From Alphaproteobacteria bacterium (GTDB lineage Bacteria; Pseudomonadota; Alphaproteobacteria; Bin95): a DNA stretch of 64,000 nt. Positions 44,106 through 53,174 of this stretch are shown here, piece by piece. The notes under the pieces are model-generated. The model did no database searches. It saw only the letters and a program-made list of their open reading frames with translations, and was not told the DNA's origin. Numbering within the stretch: the stretch's first letter is position 1; every line of letters begins with the position of its first letter. The stretch is from contig OZ224045.1 of NCBI GenBank assembly GCA_963665325.3, positions 544,001 through 608,000 of the forward strand. Direction: 5' to 3'. The position numbers and the translations under genes were made by a program.

Positions 44106-46705
44106 TGGCGGCGGGAGCGCTCGGCCGGCTGCTGGAGATGTTCGAGGGGCCGGAGGCGCCGGGTCCCTGGACGCCGCCCGCCATGCCGGCCGCGCTGCAC
44201 GCGCTGCTGCCCTGGCGCGCCTGGGACGAGGCGAGCGAGCTCTATGTCAACGCGGGCTCCGTCGGCTTCGTGCTGGAACTGCCGCCTTTCGCCGGCATCG
44301 ACGCGGAGACCCTGGGGGCGCTTTCCGGCACGCTCGCCGACGCCGCACCCGAGCGCTGCACCATCCAGATCGTCCACTGGGCGAGCCCGCGCTTCGGCGC
44401 CGCCATGCGCGCCTGGGCCGAGCCGCGTGTCGGGACCGGCGGGGCGCTGAACCGCATGGGCGAACGCCGCCGGAACCTGCTTGCCCCCGGAGGATGGCGC
44501 CGGCTGCATGAAGGGGGACCGCCCTTCACCCTCTCGGACTACCGGGTGTTCGTCACCGCCTGCCTCGCCGGCGGTCCCGGTCCGGCGGCGGAGACCGCGC
44601 TCGGCGCCTTTCGCCGGGCGCTGGAGGGGACGCTCGCCTCGGCCGGCGCGACGGCCCGGCGGCTGGAGCCCGACGGGCTGCTCTCGCTGGCGGTGGAACT
44701 GACCGCGCCCGACATTGCCGGACGCCATGACGGGGGAACCGAACGCCCGGTGCGGCGCTGGGCGCCGCGCGATCCCCTGCACGAGCAGTGCATCGCGCCC
44801 GGCCGCGCGCTCACGGTCCACCCGACGGGCCTCACCTTCCATCACGGCGACGGGGGCCGCGACGGCGGCTCCGGCGACATCGCCGTCCGGGTGCTCAGCG
44901 CCATCGCCTTCCCCGAGGTCTGGCCGGGCTGGCGCGGCAACGCGCTGATCGGCGACTTCCACCGCGACTTCCTCCAGCCCGGCTGCCCGGTGCTGACCTG
45001 CCTCACCCTCACCACCGGCGACGAGGCGGCGGGCGAGAAGGCGTTCCTCAAGTCGGCCCGCGCGACCCAGCAAGCCGGCACCGGCATCGCCCGCTACCTG
45101 CCCGGCCTGCCCGAGAAGGCGCGCGACTGGCAGACCGTCACCGAGCGGCTCAAGGACGGCGAGCGGCTGGTCCGCGCCTGCTACATGGCGGCGGTCTATG
45201 CGCCGCTGGATGCGCTCGACGAGGCCGAGCAGGCGGTGCGCGCGATCTACCACGGCCAGGGCTGGCGGGTGAACGCCGAACGCTACATGCAGCTGCCCTC
45301 CTGGCTCGCCTGTCTGCCGATGGCATCCGCCGGCGGGCTCGACGCCGATCTCGAACGCATGGGCCGGATGAAGACCCTGCTGACCGCCTCGGCGGTCAAT
45401 CTCGCCCCGATCCATGGCGAATGGCGCGGCCAGCCGATGAACCCCGACAACCCGCCCGCGCTCTTTCTCATAGGACGAAGGGGCCAGCCGGCCTGCTGGT
45501 CGCCCTTCGCCAACGAGGCGGGCAACTACAACGTCGCCGTCACCGGCAAGTCCGGCTCGGGCAAGTCGGTGCTGATGCAGGAGCTGGTGACCGGGCTGAT
45601 CGGCGCCGGCGGCGAGGCCGTGGTGATCGACGACGGGCGCTCGTTCCAGCACACGGCGGAGGCGCTCGGCGGCGCGTTCATCGCCTTCGGCAAGGATCCG
45701 GCCTGCCTCAACCCCTTCGCCATGATCGACGCCGGGACGGCCGCCCACGACGGCGACTACCGGGAAGAGTGCTTCGCCATGCTGGCCGGCGTCATCGGGC
45801 GGATGGCAAGGCGAAGGGGCTCCATCGACGACATCGAGGCGGCGCTGATCGCCGAAGCCATCGCGGCCGCGTGGGACGAGGCCGGCAACGCCGCCGATCT
45901 CGGCACCGTGCGCAAGAACCTGGAATCGAGGGACGACCGCCGCGCCGCCGACATGGCGACCGCCCTCGGCCCCTGGTGTCCGGGCGGCGCCATGGGGCGG
46001 CTGTTCGCCGGCTCGAACGTGCCGGACCTTGAGAACGCCATGACGGTGTTCGAGCTGGCCGAGCTCAAGGGACGAGGCGACGTGCAGGCGGTGGTGCTGA
46101 TGCTGGTGGTCTTCCTCGCCACCCAGCGCATGTATCACGGCCCCCGCACCCGCGCGAAGGCGATCGTCATCGACGAGGCCTGGGACCTGCTCTCCGGCGA
46201 GGACAGCCGCGCCTTCCTCGAAGGCGCGGCCAGACGGGCCCGAAAATATCGCGGCTCCCTCATCACCGGCACCCAGTCGGTCAACGACTACTACGCCAAC
46301 CCGGCGGCGCGCGCCGCCTGGGAGAATTCGGACTGGGTGATCTTCCTCGCCCAGAAGGACGAGTCGGTCGAGTTGCTCAAGTCCGAGAAGCGCATCCATT
46401 GCGATCCCGGCATGGAGCGCGCGCTCAAGAGCCTGACCACCGCCGACGGCCGCTATGCCGAGCTGGTGCTGCACGGCCCCGACGGCTGGCGGGTGGCGCG
46501 GCTGGTGCTCGATGCCTGGTCGGTGGCGCTGTTCTCCTCGCGCGGCCCCGCCTTCGCGGCGGTCGAGACCTTGAAGGCCGAGGGGCTCTCCACCGTCCAG
46601 GCCATCGACCGGCTCGCGGGGGACGGTCCCCTCGCGGGCGGCGGCGCCCTCGCCGGCCCCGCTGCCGGACATTCCGAACCATCCGAAACGGAGGATGCGG
46701 CATGA
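44105..46705 (+). CDS. traC: TraC (VirB4-like) ATPase
   Basis: NYNVAVTGKSGSGKS, IDDGRSF, IDEAWDLL, RRARKYRG...TGTQ. Confidence 0.92.
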   Translation: MAAGALGRLLEMFEGPEAPGPWTPPAMPAALHALLPWRAWDEASELYVNAGSVGFVLELPPFAGIDAETLGALSGTLADAAPERCTIQIVHWASPRFGAAMRAWAEPRVGTGGALNRMGERRRNLLAPGGWRRLHEGGPPFTLSDYRVFVTACLAGGPGPAAETALGAFRRALEGTLASAGATARRLEPDGLLSLAVELTAPDIAGRHDGGTERPVRRWAPRDPLHEQCIAPGRALTVHPTGLTFHHGDGGRDGGSGDIAVRVLSAIAFPEVWPGWRGNALIGDFHRDFLQPGCPVLTCLTLTTGDEAAGEKAFLKSARATQQAGTGIARYLPGLPEKARDWQTVTERLKDGERLVRACYMAAVYAPLDALDEAEQAVRAIYHGQGWRVNAERYMQLPSWLACLPMASAGGLDADLERMGRMKTLLTASAVNLAPIHGEWRGQPMNPDNPPALFLIGRRGQPACWSPFANEAGNYNVAVTGKSGSGKSVLMQELVTGLIGAGGEAVVIDDGRSFQHTAEALGGAFIAFGKDPACLNPFAMIDAGTAAHDGDYREECFAMLAGVIGRMARRRGSIDDIEAALIAEAIAAAWDEAGNAADLGTVRKNLESRDDRRAADMATALGPWCPGGAMGRLFAGSNVPDLENAMTVFELAELKGRGDVQAVVLMLVVFLATQRMYHGPRTRAKAIVIDEAWDLLSGEDSRAFLEGAARRARKYRGSLITGTQSVNDYYANPAARAAWENSDWVIFLAQKDESVELLKSEKRIHCDPGMERALKSLTTADGRYAELVLHGPDGWRVARLVLDAWSVALFSSRGPAFAAVETLKAEGLSTVQAIDRLAGDGPLAGGGALAGPAAGHSEPSETEDAA

Positions 46706-47304
46706 CGCAAAAAGCAAACGGCGGCGAAAGGTCGCTCAACTGGCCGGACGACCCGGAGACAGTGACGGCCGCCGATATCGACTTCACCGCGCTGGCGCAT
46801 GTGCTTGCCAACACCTGCCGCCGGGGCGGCTGTGTGCGTTCCTACCACTCGGTGGCGGCGCACGCGGTAATCGTCTCGGAGGAGATCGAGGCGCTCGACG
46901 GTCTCGCGGACGAAGACCGGCGGGTGCTGGCTCTCCATGCGCTCCTTGCGCCCGCGCCGTCGGCCTGGCTCCGGGCCCGGCTGCCGGACTCGCAGCGGGC
47001 GGCGGAGCGCGTTGGAAAGCTCGCCACGGGGATCGAGGCCGCGGTGCGCGAGGCCGCCGGGCTCGATGCCGTGCTGGACGAGGACCACGGCGAGCTGTTG
47101 CGTTTCGTTACCCGAATGGCGGCTTCGGCCGAGCGCCGCGACATCATGGACGGCAACGCAGCCGCGAGCGCCGGCGTGGCCTTCCCGCCGCTGAAACGGC
47201 GCATCCGTTCGATCATGCCCGACAAGGCGGCGGAGGCCTGGCTCGCTCGCTTCCGGGCGCTCGCCGGACCGGCCGGCGGCTCGTCGGAAGGGCCGCGAGG
47301 CTGA
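46702..47304 (+). CDS. HD-superfamily (YfbR-like) protein with degenerate active site
   Basis: LAHVLANTCR.GG, YHSVAAHAV; the expected LLHDA.EAY reads LLAPAPSAW. Confidence 0.65.
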   Translation: MTQKANGGERSLNWPDDPETVTAADIDFTALAHVLANTCRRGGCVRSYHSVAAHAVIVSEEIEALDGLADEDRRVLALHALLAPAPSAWLRARLPDSQRAAERVGKLATGIEAAVREAAGLDAVLDEDHGELLRFVTRMAASAERRDIMDGNAAASAGVAFPPLKRRIRSIMPDKAAEAWLARFRALAGPAGGSSEGPRG

Positions 47305-47308
47305 CACG

Positions 47309-47695
47309 ATGCGTTCCGACTCCGCGTGGCCGGCGATGGTGTCCGCCGTGCTGCTCTCGGGCGCGGTGGCGGCGGCGGTCGCGGCGGCCGTCCTCCGATA
47401 TGGGGTCGATCCGCCACCGCGCATCGCCGGCGTTCGTCTTGCGGAAATGACCGCGGCCTGGACGACGCGGGCGGCAGCCGAAGGCCGGCCGGCGTCGGAG
47501 GTCCGCGCCTGGGGCGCGGCGCTGGAGACCGCTCTCGACCGCGTGGCGCACGATCATGGCGTCGTTCTGCTGCCTGCGCGCGCCGTCGCCGCCGGGGCGC
47601 CGGACCTGACGCGGCAGGTCAAGGACGTGCTGGCGGCGATCCTGGCGGGTCGCGGGTCCGGGCCGTCCGCGCTCTCCGGCGGAGAGCGGCCGTGA
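47309..47695 (+). CDS. trbI: TrbI (F-type)
   Basis: TM followed by VVLL..RAVAAGAPDLT. Confidence 0.8.
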   Translation: MRSDSAWPAMVSAVLLSGAVAAAVAAAVLRYGVDPPPRIAGVRLAEMTAAWTTRAAAEGRPASEVRAWGAALETALDRVAHDHGVVLLPARAVAAGAPDLTRQVKDVLAAILAGRGSGPSALSGGERP

Positions 47696-48279
47696 CCGCA
47701 TCGCGCCCGATGTTCGCCCGGCGGGACGCCCATGCGCGCCGCCGCCAGGTCGGCCTGGCGGTCATGATCGCGCTGGCGGCGCTCTGGCTCGGCCTCGCCT
47801 CGCGGGTGCATGTCAATGCCAGCTGGTCGGACCAAGCCTGGGGCTATGCCGCCTTCCCGCTGTTCGGCAAGGACCCGAGGATCGGCGACCGGGTGCTGTT
47901 CGAGCCTCCCGAAGCGCTGGAATCCCGGGTGCCGTATCTGAAGACCGTGCGCGGCGTGTCGGGCATGGCGGTCGCGGTCTCGGAAGACGGGACGGTCTTT
48001 CTCGACGGCGTTGCGGTCGGCCGCGCCAAGACCCACGCACTGGATGGCCGGCCGCTCGAAGCGATCTCGCCGGGGATTATCCCGGCCGGGCATTACTTCC
48101 TGCATGCCGATCATCCCGACAGCCACGACAGCCGCTACGCCGAAATCGGCCTCATGCCACGCGAGCGCATCCTCGGCCGCGCCGTTGCGCTCCCGGACCT
48201 GCCATGGCTCGGCCTGAAGGGGCCGCTGGTGGGGCCGGAAGGCGCCGGCGATGACAAGAGCGCGGGGAAGCCGCGATGA
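47692..48279 (+). CDS. S26 conjugal-transfer signal peptidase (TrhF/TraF-like)
   Basis: VNASWS, YLKTVRG, IPAGHYF...HPDSHDSRY..IGL. Confidence 0.85.
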   Translation: MTASRPMFARRDAHARRRQVGLAVMIALAALWLGLASRVHVNASWSDQAWGYAAFPLFGKDPRIGDRVLFEPPEALESRVPYLKTVRGVSGMAVAVSEDGTVFLDGVAVGRAKTHALDGRPLEAISPGIIPAGHYFLHADHPDSHDSRYAEIGLMPRERILGRAVALPDLPWLGLKGPLVGPEGAGDDKSAGKPR

Positions 48280-48965
48280 CGCGCCCCGCCGTCATGATGC
48301 TTGCCACGGTCCTTGCCGCCCTGCCGGTCGCCGGCACCGCACCCTATGCCTGGGCGAAGGACCTGGGCGTGCGCGGCGCGACCTGGCCGGTGGCGGAGCC
48401 CGACCTGCTGGTCGAGATCGAGGCGCGGCTTCTCGACATGCAGCGTTCCGGCGACCTGGCGCGGCTGGAGGAGGAAGCCCGCACCCGCGCCCGACAGAGC
48501 CTGGAAGAGCCCGAATCGGTGCCCGGCATTGCACCGGCAGGCGAGCAACGCAGCCGCCTGTTCGATCCCGCCATTACGGTCGCGCGGGACATTCGCACGC
48601 CCGACGGCGTCCTCATTGCCGCCGCCGGGACGAGGGTGAACCCGCTGAAGCGCCTGCCGCTCACCCGCGACCTGATCTTCATCGACGGCAGGCGCGAGGC
48701 CGAAATCGCCTGGGCGCTCGGCCATGACCGGCCCGCGAAGATCGTGCTGCTTGCCGGGCGTCCGCTCGATCTCATGCGCCGCCATCGCCGGCCCTTCTTC
48801 TTCGACACCGGCGGCAGGCTCGCCGCGCGCTTCGGCATCGCCGTGACGCCCACGCTGGTCGAACGGGATGGCGTTCGACTGCGCCTCACCGAAATCCCGG
48901 TCGAGGATCCCGGATCGGAGGCCGGGGCAGGCCGGGACCCTGGTCAAACCGGAGAGAAGGACTGA
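48276..48965 (+). CDS. traW: TraW
   Basis: KDLGVRGATWPVAEPDLL, FDP, GTRVNPL, FIDG, FFDTGG.L..RFGI..TP. Confidence 0.9.
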   Translation: MTRPAVMMLATVLAALPVAGTAPYAWAKDLGVRGATWPVAEPDLLVEIEARLLDMQRSGDLARLEEEARTRARQSLEEPESVPGIAPAGEQRSRLFDPAITVARDIRTPDGVLIAAAGTRVNPLKRLPLTRDLIFIDGRREAEIAWALGHDRPAKIVLLAGRPLDLMRRHRRPFFFDTGGRLAARFGIAVTPTLVERDGVRLRLTEIPVEDPGSEAGAGRDPGQTGEKD

Positions 48966-48969
48966 ATCC

Positions 48970-49383
48970 ATGCTGACCGTCAACCGCGCGACCCTGGTGG
49001 GCCATGCCGGGCGCGACCCCGAGATCCGCACCCTGCCGAACGGCGGCAAGGCGGCGGCCTTCCCGCTCGCCACCGCCGAAAAGTGGACCGACCGGGAAGG
49101 CAAGCCCGTGGAGGCCACCGACTGGCACCGGGTGGTCGTCTACGGCGCGTCCGTCGAGATCGTCGGGACCATGCTGCGCAAGGGCGATCCGGTCATGGTC
49201 GAGAGCCTGCCCCGGACTCGATCCGGGGGCCGCATCGCGACCCGGCAATACCGCGACCGCGACGACAACGACCGCACCGTCACCGAGATCGTCGTCGCCG
49301 GGCCGCAGGGCATGGTGAACATCCTCGCCGGGCGGCGCGGGTCGGAGTCCGGCCCGGAGTCCGGGGCGGGCGACGAAACATGA
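48970..49383 (+). CDS. ssb: Single-stranded DNA-binding protein with 8-aa palindrome insertion
   Basis: VNRATLVGHAGRDPEIR, LATAEKW, TDWHRVV, LRKG..V.VE[SLPRTRSG]GRIATR. Confidence 0.9.
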   Translation: MLTVNRATLVGHAGRDPEIRTLPNGGKAAAFPLATAEKWTDREGKPVEATDWHRVVVYGASVEIVGTMLRKGDPVMVESLPRTRSGGRIATRQYRDRDDNDRTVTEIVVAGPQGMVNILAGRRGSESGPESGAGDET

Positions 49384-50384
49384 TCCACCGCCGCTTCCTT
49401 GCCGTCTGCGCGGTCGCGCTGGCGTCGGCCCTGTGGGCCGGCACGGCCTCGGCGCAGTCCTGCACCGGGCGGTTCGTCAACCCGATCTCGGACGTCTGCT
49501 GGGAGTGCCTGTTCCCGATCTCGATCGGGCCGCTCACCATCGGCAGCACCGGCGGCGTGACCGACACCCCCAACCCGTCCTCGCCGATCTGCTTCTGCGG
49601 CTCCCCCATCCCCCGCATCGGCCTGTCGCTCGGGGTCTGGGAGCCGGCGCGGCTGGTCGACGTGACGAGGACCCCCTGGTGCTTCCCCAACCTGGGCGGC
49701 CTCACCATCGATCCCGGCCTGCCCGCAGCCAGGGGCCGTACCGGGTCGTCGGGCGGCGACGGGGCGAAGGGCTCGGTCTGGCATGCGCACTATTACATGT
49801 ATCCGCTCTTGTCCTGGATCGGCGTGCTGCTCGATCTCGGCTGCCTCGAAGGAGGCTCGCTCGATATCGCCTGGGTCTCGGAACTCGACCCGGCCTGGCT
49901 CGACGACGAGCTGTCGTTCCTGCTCAACCCCGAGGCCGCTCTCTTTGCCAACCTGCCGGCGCAGGCGGTCTGCGCCGCCGACTGCGCGGCGGCCTCGGTC
50001 GGCCTGCCCCAGGACGGTCTGTTCTGGTGCGCGGGCTGCCAGGGCGGGATGTATCCGCTGACCGGCAATGTGGCGGCGCATGTCGGAGGCGTGCAGGCGT
50101 CGCTGCTGGCGGCCCAGCGTCTGGTCTACCGCCTCCACCGCGCCGGTCTCGCCTGGGGCACCTCGGGCTCGGCCGCGCTCTGCGGTCGCTACCCGATGCC
50201 GGTGATGCAGAAGAGCCAGTACCGCTGGCAGATGACCGAGCCGGTGCCGGCAACGACGCCCCGCACGGGCTGCAACCCGACGGGGCGGTCCTCGGTGCTG
50301 TGGGAAAGCCTGCGCGAACTGCCGGTCTCCGGCGAGAGCTTCGGCTACCTGCTGTGGCGGAAACGCTCATGCTGCCTGCTCTGA
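49380..50384 (+). CDS. traU: TraU
   Basis: CTGRFVNPISDVCWECLFPISIG, WEPARL, SELDPAW, WCAGCQG, WRKRSCC. Confidence 0.92.
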   Translation: MIHRRFLAVCAVALASALWAGTASAQSCTGRFVNPISDVCWECLFPISIGPLTIGSTGGVTDTPNPSSPICFCGSPIPRIGLSLGVWEPARLVDVTRTPWCFPNLGGLTIDPGLPAARGRTGSSGGDGAKGSVWHAHYYMYPLLSWIGVLLDLGCLEGGSLDIAWVSELDPAWLDDELSFLLNPEAALFANLPAQAVCAADCAAASVGLPQDGLFWCAGCQGGMYPLTGNVAAHVGGVQASLLAAQRLVYRLHRAGLAWGTSGSAALCGRYPMPVMQKSQYRWQMTEPVPATTPRTGCNPTGRSSVLWESLRELPVSGESFGYLLWRKRSCCLL

Positions 50385-50425
50385 ACCCGCTGAAACGCAC
50401 CGCCAGACACGACTCCGACAAGACC

Positions 50426-51196
50426 ATGATGACGCTCTCTTCGCCCTTCCGGATCGCCCTCCTGCTCACGGCCCTGTTGCTGCTCGGCGCCTGCGCCTGT
50501 CCGGCGCGGGCCGGCGAAATGCCTGCCGCTGGCCCCGAAGCCGAAACATCGGGCCTGGTCCAGAAGGTACTCCGCAAGGCGGGTGACGGCGATCTCGGCG
50601 AGTGGACCCGCTCCATCATGGACCGCGCACTCGGCCGTGCCGGAGAAACCGCACGCCGGACGGTCCCCGGATCGGAGTCCGGGGCAGGCCCCGGACAGGC
50701 CGGACAGACTGCGCCCCTTCCGGCCGAACGCCATGCGGCGGAGATCGCCAGAGGCACGACCGCCCGCAACGGTGCGGCCGAGATACTCATCTTCACCAGT
50801 CTGTCCGTGCCGGCGGCGAGCTGGCGGCAATGGGCCCATGACGCGGCCCGGACGGGGGCGCCGCTGGTGCTGCGCGGTGTCGGTGCGGGCGGATTGACCG
50901 AGACCGCGAAGCGGATCGGCGCCCGGCTCGGCGGCCACGAACCGGGCATCGCGATCGATCCGCGCCTGTTCCGGCTGTTCGGCATCGAACGGGTGCCCGC
51001 GGTGGTCGTGGTTCCGGGCGGCGTACCGCCCTGCGAGAACCGCGGCTGCTCAGGCGATCCGGCGCCGCCGCACGATCTCGTCGCCGGCAATATCGGCCTC
51101 ATTGCCGCTATGGAGGCCGTCGCCGCGGAAGGCGATGTCGGACGCGAGGTCGCGAAGGCGCATCTCGGACGGCTGAAAGAGGGACTCCGGCCATGA
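50426..51196 (+). CDS. trbC: TrbC (F-type pilus assembly)
   Basis: LIFTSLSVP, LVLRG, IDPRLFRLFGIERVPA, GNI.L..A.E. Confidence 0.85.
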   Translation: MMTLSSPFRIALLLTALLLLGACACPARAGEMPAAGPEAETSGLVQKVLRKAGDGDLGEWTRSIMDRALGRAGETARRTVPGSESGAGPGQAGQTAPLPAERHAAEIARGTTARNGAAEILIFTSLSVPAASWRQWAHDAARTGAPLVLRGVGAGGLTETAKRIGARLGGHEPGIAIDPRLFRLFGIERVPAVVVVPGGVPPCENRGCSGDPAPPHDLVAGNIGLIAAMEAVAAEGDVGREVAKAHLGRLKEGLRP

Positions 51197-52314
51197 CCCG
51201 GAGGCCGATATTCCGGAGCGCGCGCGCTCCCCTGGTGATGCGCGCGATGACTTGGGCGCTCATGGCGGCGGTCCTGGGCTTCCTGCTCTGGATCGTCTTT
51301 GACGGAGTCGCACGGGCGGAGGACCCGAAAGCCGCGGCCCGCGCCATCGGCAATGCAAGCACGGCAGCGGCACGAGCGATCGCGCGGGACGCCTCGAACG
51401 CCGCCACCGTGCCGGGCTATGCCGGGACGAATGTCCCGGAGCGGCATATCGGCGCGAACGCGCTGGAGGACGAAGGCCGGGCCCGGCTCGCCGATCCCGA
51501 CGATCCCGGCGGGCAGGCCGGTCGCAGCGTGATCGAGGGCGTGACGGTCCGCCCGGACGTGCCCGTGACGGTGAGCGATCCCGGCGTCGCGCGCGGCAAG
51601 GCGGTGACAGCCGATCCGGGCAATGCCGCCCATGGCGCCGACAATCTCGCCTCGGGCAGCGTGGCGGACTGCGGCGCGGGACTGCCGGACGCGCAGGACG
51701 GCGGGAGTTGCGGTTCGGTCCGCTGGTGCGTCGGCGCGGGCTGCGAGACGGTGGAGCCGGAGGCCAACACCGGCTTCGTCGAGGCGACGACCCGGCTCAA
51801 CATGGCGCTGGAGCTGGGCGGCGAGGAGTTCGACCGGGAGAACCTGCGCTTCTTCGCCGGCAAGCGGCGGCGCTGCCACATCCATTTCGGCGGGCTGGCG
51901 AACTGCTGCAAAAACTCGGGCCTGCTGGTTGGATTGGCCAACTGCTCGGCGAACGAGCGCGAGCTCGCGAAGGAGCGCAACGCCGGCAACACCCACTATC
52001 TCGGCAGATACTGCTCGAAGCGTATCTTCGGCGTCTGCATCCGCCGGTCGCGGGCCTGGTGCGTGTTCGGCTCCAAGCTCGGGCGCATCCTGCACCAGCA
52101 GGCGCGGCCGCAGCTCGGGATCGGCTGGGGCAGCTGCCGGGGCTTCACCGTGGCCGAGGTCGAGCGCATCGACTTCGCCACGCTCGATCTCTCGGAGTTC
52201 ACCGAGGATCTGATGGACGGATCGCGGGAGCCGGCCGTGACCCTGCCCGAGGCCGGCGACACGCAGTCGGTCATGCGCGAGCGGGTGCGCGACTTCTACG
52301 GGAAAACCCCGTGA
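51193..52314 (+). CDS. traN: TraN mating-pair stabilisation protein (short form)
   Basis: FFAG....C, NCC, CS.NE..L, YLG.YCS, WCVFGSKLGRI...Q, CRGFT..E...IDF..LDLSEF. Confidence 0.88.
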   Translation: MTRRPIFRSARAPLVMRAMTWALMAAVLGFLLWIVFDGVARAEDPKAAARAIGNASTAAARAIARDASNAATVPGYAGTNVPERHIGANALEDEGRARLADPDDPGGQAGRSVIEGVTVRPDVPVTVSDPGVARGKAVTADPGNAAHGADNLASGSVADCGAGLPDAQDGGSCGSVRWCVGAGCETVEPEANTGFVEATTRLNMALELGGEEFDRENLRFFAGKRRRCHIHFGGLANCCKNSGLLVGLANCSANERELAKERNAGNTHYLGRYCSKRIFGVCIRRSRAWCVFGSKLGRILHQQARPQLGIGWGSCRGFTVAEVERIDFATLDLSEFTEDLMDGSREPAVTLPEAGDTQSVMRERVRDFYGKTP

Positions 52315-53174
52315 TGGCGCGCGCCACGAACCCTGCCCTTCGGCGTGTCCTTGGACGCGTCCTCGCGGCGGTCGGCGTGTGGGCGGCGCTCGGTGCCTCG
52401 GTGGCGGGCGGGGAATGGCGGTCCTGGTGTGGGCAAGGTCCCGGATCAGGTCCGGGACAAGCGCCGGACTATCGTCCGTCGCTCGGCTGGCACTTCTACT
52501 GCGACCGGGAAGAGGAAGGGCAGGAAGCCGAACCGCAGCCGGTGCCGCGTTCCCCTGAACAGACCACCTCCGCGACGGAACGCATTCTGGAATTGCGCAA
52601 GACGCTGGAAGAGGCCCGCGCGGAGGCGATCCTCGATCCAACGCCGGCGAAGGTGGCGGCCTATCTGCGCCTCCAGCAGGAGGCGCTGCAACGGGCCGCG
52701 GCCTTCTCCGACACCTTCCGGCGCACGGTCTGGGCGAGCCCGGAGCTGGACTACACGCTGAAGCGCCCGGTCGGCGCGCTCGCCAAGCAGGTCTGGTCGG
52801 ACGAGCGAAGACAGGCCCGCGATGCCGCGCTGGCCCGTCTCGGGGACCGCTACGGCCTGATCTATCTGGGCCATGCCGGCTGTGCGGGCTGCAAGGTGTT
52901 CGGCCCGTTGCTGCGCGCCTTCGCGATGCGCCACGGCCTCGACGTGCTGGCCGTCTCGCTTAGCGGCGCGGCGCTGGAGGGCTGGCCGGAAGCGGTCGCC
53001 GACAATGGACGCGCCGCCCGGCTCGGTCTCGCGGGTACCCCGGTGCCGGCCCTGGTGCTGTTCGACACGAAGACGCGGCGCGTCCTGCCGGTCGGCTTCG
53101 GCGTTCTGGCCGAGGACGAGATGGCAGAGCGCATCTTCGCCCTCACCGCCCTGGAGCCCGGACATGACTATTGA
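52314..53174 (+). CDS. traF: TraF (thioredoxin-like)
   Basis: LGWHFYCD, AILDPT, PELDY, CAGC, VPALVL, G.GVL.EDE...RI. Confidence 0.88.
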   Translation: MARATNPALRRVLGRVLAAVGVWAALGASVAGGEWRSWCGQGPGSGPGQAPDYRPSLGWHFYCDREEEGQEAEPQPVPRSPEQTTSATERILELRKTLEEARAEAILDPTPAKVAAYLRLQQEALQRAAAFSDTFRRTVWASPELDYTLKRPVGALAKQVWSDERRQARDAALARLGDRYGLIYLGHAGCAGCKVFGPLLRAFAMRHGLDVLAVSLSGAALEGWPEAVADNGRAARLGLAGTPVPALVLFDTKTRRVLPVGFGVLAEDEMAERIFALTALEPGHDY

